Positions 26,207 through 38,300 of a stretch of DNA of 64,000 nucleotides are shown here, one piece after another (position 1 is the stretch's first letter; every line of letters begins with the position of its first letter). The notes beneath the pieces are model-generated. The model made no database searches and was not told the origin of the DNA. It was given only the letters and a program-made list of their open reading frames with translations. The position numbers were made by a program, and so were the translations under genes. The DNA is taken from the NCBI RefSeq assembly GCF_964204645.1, contig NC_134029.1, positions 17,540,950 to 17,604,949 on the forward strand, read 5' to 3'. The DNA comes from Tubulanus polymorphus. Its lineage: Eukaryota > Animalia > Nemertea.

Positions 26207-27207
26207 ACGTATCGGCCCCACTCCGCTCGGTGGCGCCACCGCGCGGGATTTACGCGAAGCAGTAGAACACAAACACGGCCACTCTCAATTTTCAATGATA
26301 GAAATCGTGTGTGCATTTCAATTATTTCGGCTGTTAGGGTTTTAAGGCACAATATAAGTTGATGATGTGATATGGCGATGTTAATTAATGATAATTCCGC
26401 AGTGAAGCTAGTCACGAACGGTGCCGATTGAGTGTACAGCTGCCAAAAACACTGAAATGTGCGTAGTTGCGTAACTATTTGCAGTGAATTGCAGACGAAA
26501 CATGAAGCCTTAACGGCCGTTTAAAAAAAATCTATACCAATCGCAATTGTAAAATAAAAATGAGATAGAACCTAAGTTAAAATTCTGGCCATTTCTAAAA
26601 TGTTATTAATTATTATTACTAACTTTTAGTCAGTGCGGAACGTTTACTTTTTCAACAATAATGAGGGGTTGTAGGTAGTCATGCAATTCAAGTCATCATT
26701 TATTACACGTTACTTCCGTGTTGTTGAAAATCTCGCGAGTCCTGGACTAAACCCATCCTCGCTTGCCAGGGGTCCGGTATCACTCCCGAACTCGCTTCCA
26801 CCAGCCCCCTGGCCTCACGAAGCGTGATTTCATTACTGGCGCTGTTGCGCATGACGTCGATTTGCGAAATACTTCCTTGTTCAGTAAAACGTTCGCTGAT
26901 TGGTGCATTTAACGGGAAAACCAATAGAAGCCTAAAGTCGTTTGTTACAAGCGCTGTGATTGGTACGACCGGATTCTGGTCGGCTAGTAACGACTCCAAC
27001 GACTCGTGAGGTCAAGGGGTTCGGCGAACAGCTTTAGCGTAGTGGGTTCGAATCCCTTGACGGGTGAAGATGGACTAAACCCCAATGAACAATGTGATCT
27101 GTGTGCTGGCCACAAATGCACACAGATCACACTACACTACCCATTACACACTCCAGTACCCACAGCTTTCATATATCCATCCAAATATTTAGTGGCTTTC
27201 TTCCTGG
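26207..27207 (-). mobile_element. CYAG-targeting element, full copy
   Basis: Interrupts the SRCR26 copy at TTCCTAG^ATCAC; the empty site is visible at ~62615-62626. Confidence 0.92.
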
Positions 27208-27309
27208 ATCACAACTGTGACCATAGCGAAGACGCATCTGTTGCCTGCTATGGTAAGTTACAATAAACGATATAAGCATGGACTCTAAAACGAGTCGATG
27301 ATCTAAGTA

Positions 27310-29107
27310 TACACCCGGAGCAATATAACAGTCATCTCACAGTTATCCGCTCTTAGTTTACCCTTTAAATATATAGTTATATCCTGGAATAGGATATAAT
27401 AGTGAATTGTTATTTGAGGTTTTTGCCCAGGTTTCAGTAATACCGATGATATCAAATTTACAATTTATTGAATCTAGCGTCAGAACTTAGTTGTCAAAAT
27501 TTTTATTCATGCTTCTTAATTTTGCATGAAATAGACTTAAACTCTGGTTTGAGGGGTCTTGAGCTATCTCAGAACTGCCATAATACAAGCAGTCGTATTG
27601 TAGGTTGTCAGATTGCATGGTCGCTTGCAAAATAAATATAATACATATCGTCCCAATAGTAATAATAATAATACAGAGTGATACATAGGATAATTCCATA
27701 ATCGTTTCGGCACCGTAAACAGCGCGCATCAAACCAAGGAAATGTATAACAAAACATTCTAGATAATTTAAGGTTATGAGTCCTGTAGCCAGCAATGCGT
27801 GGTGATCGCAAAATAAACATTGAGCAAAGAAAAAAACAATTTAAAGACAGCTGTTTACACAACTGTTCATAATTAATATTTAAGTAGTATAAGCGTTATT
27901 CGAGTTGAAAATAGTTAAGTTAGTACGTATATATAGTAGACTATAAGTTTTAGATTTCATAGAGTTTGATTGGTTTTGGGATTTTTTTCCCATCCTTGTC
28001 AAGAGCAAAGATTTTTCCATTTATGGTTCACATCGTTTGGTAACCTTCTTGTTTTTTTACTCTATTCATATAGCTAACATTGTCCGGTGAAAGGTCTTCT
28101 TGTACAAAAAATGTTTTACCTGTTAGACGTTTTTTATTAAATAGTATTTTGTTGCGGATCTGGGGCCAGTTGCTCAAAAGTTGGTTAAAGATAACCGGCC
28201 GTTAAATACCATAGTAACAATGAAATTTCAATTGTCACCATATCAACTATCCACTGGTTAACTCTAACCAACTTTTGAGCAACCGGCCCCTGGTGTTCTT
28301 TAATTTAAATCTTACAATTATCGGGTTAGGGTATAAGTTTCCATCGGCATCTTTATTTTGCTTCTTAGGTTTAATTCTATGGCAAACATCGATGTCGTTG
28401 ACTGGTAGATCTTCCAGGATTTTATCCGGCATGTTTGATTTCAGTGTGTTAACGACTACTGTAGCACAATTCTCTTCGGGCGTTTCACTGATCCCAAACA
28501 GGCGTATGTTATTTCGACGAGAGTATTGTTCATTTTCGACAGTCTTCCGTTTAATAGATAAAAGTTCCTTTTTTGTAGAATCAAGATTCCGTTTTTGTTC
28601 GTCATCCTTCAATTTGAGATTTTCAATTTCCTTTTTCAAATCTTCATTTTCGCCTTCTAAGTCGTACAGACGACATTCAAATCGTTCAAGTGTTTTTTCC
28701 ACTCGTTGGTAGTGCGCATCAAGTTTTCTATCCATGACATTCTCTAGTGAGAGTTTGAATTTTTCGAGGCTTTCATTTGTAACCATAATCTTTTGCATAA
28801 TCAAAAGAGTTTCTAGAATAGTTGGCGCATCCGATATATTAACTGAGGTATTTTTTGGCTGTTTATCAATTATAGATACCGTTTTTGGATCGATTACAGC
28901 ATCTGACGGGTTTTTTGGCTTTTCATCAGAGGATGATAGAGGGGCCTTTTTACGTTTTTTTGAGGCCTGTTTGGGCCTAACTGATTTATTATCATCCACG
29001 GGATTATTCTTAACATAAGTTACGTCGTCCACGTCAGTGGACTTTGAGTCCATAAACACCTCACTTTCAGCGGTTTGGTTTGCTAGATCATTTCTATGGT
29101 CGGTCAT
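27310..29107 (-). mobile_element. L2/Crack/CR1-group LINE 5' part: ORF1 (coiled coil + RRM-like) and start of ORF2 endonuclease, decayed and 3'-truncated
   Basis: ORF1 EQYSRRNNIRLFGISE..DIDVCHRI..PIIVRF, continuing KKRLTGKTFFVQEDL after the MITE. ORF2 start SLSLFHAKLRSMNKNFD..FDIIGITETW..IPGY. Confidence 0.85.
28163..28289. mobile_element. 127-bp PIF/Harbinger (Tourist-like) MITE inserted in LINE ORF1
   Basis: TIR gggccagttgctcaaaagttggtta / taaccaacttttgagcaaccggccc; CTG target duplication. Confidence 0.85.
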
Positions 29108-31624
29108 GGTTGAAGGTAATAACGTCGATATTGCAATATACGCGCCGAGTAACTTTAATCCCTTATAAGCGCAGGTTCACATAGAGTTCATATGTACGTT
29201 GAATTTTCAGGACTATCGTACATACGAATATACGATGACCTTGAACGTTTGGATATTTGATAATCCACTTGTCACTTCCAGAGAACTTAACCGATTTATA
29301 GTCTAAGCAAAGAAAACTACGAGTTTTGTAGTTTTTGTAGTTACTGGAGAGATAAAGCCACGGATACAACAATAACTTTCAACCAGAGTCTGTAGTTTAC
29401 AGTTTATAGTTTATAGTTTAAAATTGTGTTGCCACAATTACGCTTAACTATCTTGCAGGTCATGTTGTCAGAGTTTTCAGCTAAATATCAAGCATACCAA
29501 TATTTAGTTGCGAATATTCCTTTTAAAAATCCTGATGTATCGATGATAATCCTATCACAGGTAAAGATCTGACACATTTCTAGTCGTCATAAAAACAGCA
29601 AGAAACATTAATTAAATACGGAGCGCATTTTCGTGCAAACCGCCCTCGGCCATCTTGCCACTTCTTGCTAATATAAGCTGAATCTTACGCTGCAGACTGC
29701 TGTCTTATTAGTTCCGGGATAAAGTGCTCTGATAAATATTGCCATTATATTTTCAAAAGGGTACGGGAAAATTGCTACGTACTCGTGCTCCTTTTGCTCC
29801 CGTCTGGATCCGCCCCTGAAAGGTTCGGCAGTTTGAACATTTTCACGAGAATTTTTGGGGACAAAGCAGGAAACCGCTGCAGCAGGTATTATCAGAAGCG
29901 GTTTCCAGCCAGCAGGAAAAGCTAGCTGGAAACCGTTCGTGAAAACCAGGCTTTATAGTCTGACTCCTGAGAATTGAACCAGAAGATTTTTACATCACGT
30001 TTTTGTATACCTCTGAATCATTTATTGTCTATAAACCCACACCTTATTATGTAATACTGCTTATTGTATTTTATCTGCATCATACCTGAATGTATGTATA
30101 AAACCAGCTCCAGGTACAGTTATACACCGTCCGAAATTAGATCATCGAAATGCTCACAAAGAAGCTCTTTCCACCTTTTCTATTCTTTTACTATCGATCA
30201 AATTGGTACTCTTTAATAACAATCTAATTTAACGGGTTTTCTCTCCTTCTCGTTGACTTGAAGATCAAATAGATTTCTCATGAATTTTTCGAAACAGATT
30301 TTAGAAATCATCGAGTAATCAGATTTCAATCACATTAATTCGAATTTTGAAATGTTCTGATACCTCGATAATATTCAAAACTAGTGATAACTATATCTAT
30401 ACATATTGATAACCCTTTGTATTATTATTATTATTGTTTTTTATTGTCCTTTTTGATACTTTTTATAAAGATTAACGTTACATATTAAATGCAGTGTTGT
30501 TTGTCTTTCTGTTGGAATATACGGTCTACAGTATCATTGTGACCCTCAGGACTCCATTGTCATACGGTATAGGGAAGTTCTTCAACCAATGAAAATTTGT
30601 TCTGCTATTGTCTTTGATGGGGGTATGAAAAAGTGCGGCACACCAACGGTCTACCAACGTTACCTCACAAAAATGCATTGCAATTATAGTTAATGAATAA
30701 TCAATCTTAAATGTTGTGTAACACATTTCTGATACACTCTGTTTACTTACACTAAACAACTACGTCATGTGAACCATCTACGGATGAAAACCAAATAACG
30801 TTCCATTGATTCGTTGCGTTCATTCATCCTAGCAAAATCATGGACTATAAAACGTTTTGGAGTCCATGGTGAAATGTTGGCATTCAATTTAAACGCTTAT
30901 GGCATGTTAAAAACATAAGTCTCTCTCGTAATCCCTCAATCTGGGACTATACGATGAATTTACTGAATATCTACCTTCTTGTTGGAAAACATGACAAGAA
31001 AACCTTACTGATATCAAATTCCAATATCATGAATATCATATCTGTCCCCCAATCAGCTCAGAAAGTCCTTTCTTTCAAGAAATCCTTTAATTTCCCGACG
31101 CTACAAAACTCGTACTCCTCAAAGCACTCAAAGTCTATTTTCAACCATACGAAAATAAAGGTAACGTATAACCTTAAGAAGCAATATCGATAACTAAAAA
31201 CCAGTATAAAATGTTTTTTTTTCCATTTCCTTTCCCAAATCTCAATGTTCGGTGAAATGGCGGTACGCAGTGAGAGACCCCTTTGGCGCGTTATCTCAAA
31301 CTCTATCGATTACCGATCAGTCGTCAGGAAAGATATTTAAAAAATTTTAACGCAGGCCAAAACTGCAAATAACGCTCTTTAGCCTCAGTAATAATGGGAA
31401 ATCTAGCTTTAATGACCACTTAGATATTTCAAAATTAATAAGAATCGCAATTTTTTTACGCGCTGTTTAAGTATGCGGTCCTTGGTTTCACTTCGTCACC
31501 AAAAAATCCAAGAATCACCGGCAAATATCTGCATTTCATTTCCTTTAAAATGGTGTATTAATTAGGTTAATCAAGCAAGGGAGAGCTATTTGATATTCAA
31601 TCAAAACTTATGTTTTAAAAACAA

Positions 31625-31715
31625 AATGCAAGGGGCCAAATTCTGGAACAGTTTAAGCACAAGCCTCAATTGCCCTCAATCTCCATCAGCTTTTAAAAAT
31701 AGTCTTCATGTAAAA
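31625..31715 (+). mobile_element. LINE ORF2 extreme C-terminal remnant
   Basis: QGAKFWNSL....S.SAFKNSL motif typical of L2/CR1-group 3' ends. Confidence 0.55.
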
Positions 31716-32099
31716 ATAGTCTTCTACGTGAGTCGCAAGCGGTCGCAAGGCCGACCTACGCCCGCCTTTAGTTGAACACATGGGTCCTCGCTATACGTAC
31801 ATATCTTCTGTCCTCTTTTAGCCAAACAATATCATCATTTGAAACATTCAATACGTCTGCTCCAGTATTTTTTTGTAGAATGCAAATAGCATTTTGCATA
31901 TAAGAAAATGTATGGTTATAATGCGAAATAATATTTTCTTTAATTTGAATGCACCTTTGTTTTCTTAAGTTATTTGTCCGTTTTCATCTTAATTCCGACT
32001 ATGAATATTTCATAAGGTATTGTATTCATGAACGCCTAACCTGCGAGCGCTGAGACTTGCCCTGATTATCAAGGGGTATGTATTAGAGTGTAAAAATAA

Positions 32100-32130
32100 T
32101 GCGCGCGCGACAACCTATAATAGAATCTGC
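32100..32130 (+). promoter_or_regulatory. Putative core promoter (GCGCGCGAC followed by TATAA-like box) ~100 bp upstream of ATG
   Basis: gcgcgcgacaacctataa; the same arrangement (gcgcgcgacaaactatata) lies upstream of the paralog exon at ~4682-4700. Confidence 0.4.
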
Positions 32131-32217
32131 CAGTCAATATAATATTCACATTTTCGCAGCAGTAATAGTAGTATGAAAATGCACAGGTAACGGACAACCA
32201 CCATAGAAGACTATAAT

Positions 32218-32317
32218 ATGGATTTTAAAACGTTCGCTACGCTGATAGTGCTGCTATTATCAATCCGCAATAGCTCCACGCAGTTCCCGTCGCCGACAAA
32301 TCGAACAAATACAGATG
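32218..32317 (+). CDS. Exon 1: signal peptide [33 protein letters not shown]
   Basis: ATG, hydrophobic core and a phase-1 GTAAGT donor compatible with the next exon. Conserved in the paralog at 4805. Confidence 0.8.
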
Positions 32318-35270
32318 GTAAGTGATGCTACCTATGACACGCATAGCAAAAATGGAAAGTGATTTTTGAAATGATGAACGCGCAATACTGTTACGATGCA
32401 CGTCAATATACATATACAATTTGAGATAATTATCATTTTGGGAGAGGTACCTCAATATCAGTCGCAGGTACCTCAATATCAGAATTATCGAATGAGAGCT
32501 AGTAATTGGTAATGTCTTGTTTCAAGCCAAAGGTCGAAGGGTCGAGCTCATAAAAAATAAAAACAAATTCTTGCACGCTCGAATTTATTTTTATTTTTTA
32601 CTCACTCGCCCCCTCAACCTTTGACTTGAAACAAGACATTACCAATTACTCTTATAATTTCATGTTTTAAAAGTGAGAGTAAAATGTTAGCATAATATTC
32701 TAGAAAAATAAGATCAAATATAGATTTCGAATAAAAGAATATAAATTTTTAACATAAAAAGTAATGAGTAATCAACGAGTGAAATAATTCATATTTTAAC
32801 ATTGAATATTTATATTTGAATGCGTTAGATTCTTATTTTTAAACATAAAAAGTGAGAGTAATTAACGAGTGAAATAATTCATATTTTAACATTGAATATT
32901 TATATTTGAATGTGTTAGATTCTTATTTTCAAGTTATTGGTTTCATTGATTTCGATTTTGAATTTAGGTTCTTCTTCTTCTTTCTTCATTTTTATAACAA
33001 AACTTTTATTAAAATAAATCTAACTCATACAATTATTCACTGTTTTAAATATGAATTATTTCACTCACACTTTACTCACACTTTTAATGTTTAAAAACAA
33101 GGCAATTTGATACTACGTATCTATGTCCCCCGCGATAGCCAGTAGGGAATTAATGACCCCTGAAGACACTGATCTTTGGTATAGAAAAATGATGAGATGA
33201 GTGTATCCAGGGATAACTATACTATGAAATATCATTTTCCTGCCATGAATGGTCATTTAAGAATTGAGTTTACAGGGTTTTAGGCAAAAGACGTCTACCA
33301 ACCTTGACCTTTGACCCTAGAACTCCAAAATCACTAATGCACATCCTCTCCCCAGGGGTAATCATACTATGAAATAGCATTGTTCTGTTATCAATGGTTC
33401 TTCTTGAATCGTGTTTACAAGGTTTCATATGAATGACCTGTAGTGACCTTGACCTTTGGTCCTTGGACCCCAAAGTCAATAGGGCACATCCTCTCCCTAG
33501 GGGTAATCATGCTACGTAATATCATGGTCCTGCTATCAACGGTTCGTCTTGAATGACGTTCATAAGCTTTCACATGAATGACCTGTACTGACCTTGACCT
33601 TTGGTCCTTGGACACCCAAAATCAATAGGGCACATCCTCTCCCTAGGGGTAATCATGCTACGTAATATCATGGTCCTGCTGTCAACGGTTCGTCTTGAAT
33701 GACGTTCACAAGGTTTCATGTGAATGACGTGTAGGGACCTTGACCTTTGGTCCTTGGACCCCAAAATCAATAGGGCACATCCTCTCCCTAGGAGTGATCA
33801 TACTACGTAACATCATGGTCCTGCTATCAACGGTTCTTCTTGAATCACGTTCATAAGGTTTTACATGAATGACCTGTAGTGACCTTGACCTTTGGTCCTT
33901 GGACCCCCAATATCAATAGGGCACATCCTCTCCTTAGGGGTAATCATACTGTGTAATATCATAGTCCTGCGATCAACGGTTCGTCTTGAATCGCGTTCAC
34001 AAGCTCATGCGGACAGACGGACGGAGGTGGATACCAAGTCCCCCGCTCGCGGCCTACGCGTTCGGGGGACAATAAGATTCTAACGCATTCAAATATGCAT
34101 ATTCAATGTTTTAAATATAAATTATTTCACTCGTTAATTACTCACACTTTTTATGTTTAAAAATAAGAATCTAACGCATTCAAATATAAATATTCAATTT
34201 TTACTAGAGCTCATGGGTCGGGAGGTTAGTGCGGCAACCTTGCTGAACTTTTTCCTTAATGAAATACACCATAGATTCGTTATGATAATGTATATTGAAT
34301 ATATGAAAATCGTATACAATTGAAAAACATATACATAGAAAATCTACCGTGCAAACGAGTTTGTATTCAAAGCTTTATCGTGCATCGGTTTTCTAGAGGT
34401 CCAGATATGGAACGTAATATCCCTGCGTCATGAATTCGTGTCAAGTTAAGGGAATCAAGGCTACCTACGATTAACAACATTCTACTTCGAAAAGACGACT
34501 TTTTATTTGTTCAGTCAATACATATGTTTTATGCCAGCACATCGTTGACAATACTGCCTCGTCACCTGAAGAGGTGCTTTCAACTATGCAAGAACAGACA
34601 TATAACTAGCGTCATACACATGCGACTAACTTGGTGTTTAAATAGAGACATACATATCAATAGGTCAATATTTGTTAAGAACTTAAAATTTCTGAGAATC
34701 TCATTGTAGGCCCCAGTGGATAGTAAATCAAATGCGAATTTATCCGGTATAATCAATTTAGATTTTGAAGTTACATTTTCACTTTAAAGAGACGGATGCC
34801 ATATATCTTGAGATATCTTTTTCTTTCTGATTGGCCAGAAAGTTATCCCGATTTTTACACCACCATGAAAAGCAAAAACAGAGGTGGAACATGTGCGCTA
34901 GGCCTACCATCTAGAACCGATATATCAAAGTACGGTTCCAGTTTTGTAGCCTTGACCAGGAAATCTAAACTGAAATATATAATCGAAAACAAAATGTCGG
35001 TCCATAGCTATCTCAACGACCAATGTTAGCGAATGTTGATGACTTAAAGAAAGTCTTAGTACATAATCTAAGAAAACTGGGGCTCGCACAGCCACCACCA
35101 GAGTTTGGCATCAAATTTGGAAGAAGTCAAACAGTCGACTTACAGCGGTTTAATTATGACTCAAGATTATGTGTATAATAAGGAGACAAAAAATGAATGG
35201 CATGGCTGTTTGTTGACGTCAGATTTTAGCCTTTTATGCAGGCCTATTGGATTTTCTGTATGTATGTGTG

Positions 35271-35345
<75 letters not shown>

Positions 35346-38300
35346 AGTTTTCGTTGATGCGCGTTCGTCCACCAGGCAAAAAAACTAGGAAATTTACCAC
35401 CTAAAGCAGGACGAAAACGAACTTTGGTTTTTGTGCCCACATTCGCTCGTTTCAGGCGGCGTTAGTGTCTTTTTTATCAGTGATAATAACGAACGTGATT
35501 TGCGCCCGTTTTTGTCAACAGAGAAAAAATGAATATTCCCATGCAAAAATGAACTTTCTTTCACCAGGCAAATGGGGGCTATTTTGCGAACTTTAACCAG
35601 CAAGCCTCGTGTCAGGCTGCAACGTGAAGGATGCCGACGCAGGTGAGAAGATACGAGATCGTAGCCCAAGTCTGTCAGTCGCGCTTGATTTCCAGTTACT
35701 AACGGGATATGAGATCAACATGTAGCCACCACGGTCCAGATATACGAATAAAACATATTTTACATTCGCTAATGAATAACATCCGGGTACTGATCGATAT
35801 CAGATTTTAAACTGACCCTGATATCAAGCTTGGAGTTGACATTTCCCACAATGCAACGAGTTGATGCCCTTTTCTTGCTGGATACAGACATAATATGGTG
35901 TTAAGTTTAGTACATGTGTACGTTGCTGGAACTTTAACCCTTTAGATAATGGTTGGATGTGTTCTTTCTAATCACTGGACAAGCTGTTAACTCAATGAAA
36001 ATATATTAAGCCTACAAAAATCATGTTTTTAGCTGATACGATTTTAAGAATGAATGTAAATGATTAAGATTACATATCATTTCATTTCTATTAGCGTTTT
36101 TTGGAATTAGAGCGAATTGCGCAGTCGTTTGAAATCGAAGATAATGAATACAACCCGAATACATAATGAATACAACCCGAAATTGAAATTGACGCCTCGA
36201 GGGAAAACTAAAAAAATATTACGTGTAATGCATATAACGAGCGCTTTTATTCCGTCTAAAGAATCGTTTGGCGGCGTTTCATTTCTTCATCAATAATGTC
36301 ACATGCCGGTATACATTGTAAGGCTTATTCCCAAAATCGGTTTTCTTACGGTATTATATTGGGACGATATTATTGTACTGATATTCAGTTCATAATGATA
36401 TAATTAATCATGAACTTAAAACCTATAGAACGTATAAGGAACTTGTATACGAGTAGCTTACGCAGTTAGAATTTCATATCAATTTGAGATTATATCCTTA
36501 TTCATATACCTGAAATCGCCAAAGTACTAAAAATACCATTAACATAAGTTGATTGCATTCCAAAATATGACTGCTATGCTAATACTTACGTAAATTCCGT
36601 GGTTTTTTCAAATCAACTTAGTCCTCCTAAAAGTCTGGTGTCGGTTGCCTTTAAAAAAATGTCTAGTTTATGGATTCGGTGAAATACATTTCCCTCCGAT
36701 GCTTCTCTCATAGGTTGTATGTAGGCCTACATGTAATTAGCTTTTTTCTAAGATTTTAACAAAGTTTTAGGTATAAGTCCAACAATCACGAAATCGAAAA
36801 ACTAAAATGTTACGTTAGAATTTATTAAGAATCCGAATTTTTGGTTTTCAACTAAAAACTACTAATAACACTAAATACACTTCGATGATACACATTGCGA
36901 TATGAATTTGTTGATTCCAGATAATGTTTTTTTTTAAATCGTCGTATATGATTTGTATGGCTTTGAAAAATCATCACAATACGATGACCAGCGATGGGAG
37001 ATGTATTAACGGCAATGCTACCCCCCCCCCCCGTTCCGTCAGGCTGAATCCCAAAATAATTTATTCTTTCAGACTACAACGGTAGGATATCGATCCGTCT
37101 GCAGAACGGCTCTACACCGAACGAAGGTCGCGTAGAGATTATGCCGTTGGGTGGCTCAAGACCCAGACTTTGGGGTACTATATGTGATGATTTCTGGGAT
37201 GATGAAGACGCCTCAGTGGTTTGTAGAATGCTTGGTTACCGATGGGGAACAGTAAGTAAGGTTGCAGCGCAGTTCTGATTAGCGATACGTTTAAGTATGG
37301 TTATCTTTCGATTAAATTATTCTTCGATGTTATTCACTATTCGTATAATTCGACGGTAAATGAATGTTTCGTACTTTTAGCATACTCAACGCTCATCATT
37401 TGGAAATGTATCATCTTCAACCCCTATTTACATGGATAACGTCATGTGTAAAGGAGACGAAACGAATATCATAAACTGTTCTCGGAGCGTTTGGGGAAAA
37501 CACAACTGTGATCACCGAGAGGATGCTGGTGTCAAATGTAAAAATACTACAGGTATTGAAACAGTCATTAATAAACCTTCAAGAGAATCTGCATCGATTG
37601 TTTGCAAAGCCTGTCACAAACTCGCTCGCTAGGGTTTGATTGCCTCCCACTGAAGCTCACGCCCACACAAACCCTGGCCGCAACCCCTTTACGACGCCCA
37701 AGATTTCTTGGGCGGATAGGTTGCCGCTCAGGGCCACCAGTCTATGTATTAGAACAATCAGATGGGTTGAGAAATCAAGCGAGAAGTTTTTGAAAGCCGC
37801 GTGAAAGTAATAAACAACGAAAGATGTCTAGCATGTAATAAGTCACTATCACCGATGAAGACCGTGAAGTTCCGAAACTAGGTTTTGTTAATTTTAACAT
37901 GTATTTGTCACTCTGCGATTCCTTTTGTATTCATATCATTGTTCTTACTTTAATTTCTATTGACAGTGATTTGTTGCTAACAACTGGCATATGATAATTG
38001 TTTATGACGCTCATCTGTATTTAGTAAGGCTTTATAAGCTACAGTTTGCATACCTGTATTGACATATGATATCATTCAAATTGGGGTACTCCAGTTTCAT
38101 TATTACCAAAACAGTCCACTTCGCCCTTTTCTTGCTCTCATCATGCCCATGTCGAAAAAGGGGCATTCACGGCGCGGGCCTAATCCAATCACTACCACCC
38201 ATAGATAACAACACCAACAGAACCAACAATGAGCGGCTGAAGCCAACTTGGTGAGCAAGAGTCCTTATTAGGGCCGGCGGCGTTAATTTCAACCAACCTT

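Larger units (their letters stand above)
20273..27252 (+). pseudogene. Disrupted paralogous SRCR25 and SRCR26 exons
   Basis: 20130-20297, 24840-25404, 26082-26206 and 27208-27252 align to 61740-62666. Interrupted by three insertions and two 1-nt frameshifts (extra A near 25040, missing G near 26092). Confidence 0.92.

Noticed and set aside
27006-27070. tRNA gene
   Set aside because: Only a B-box/T-loop-like motif and one hairpin; no cloverleaf or anticodon arm could be built.
35105-35440. RACV/HART repeat ORFs
   Set aside because: Translation of the (GCGT)n microsatellite.
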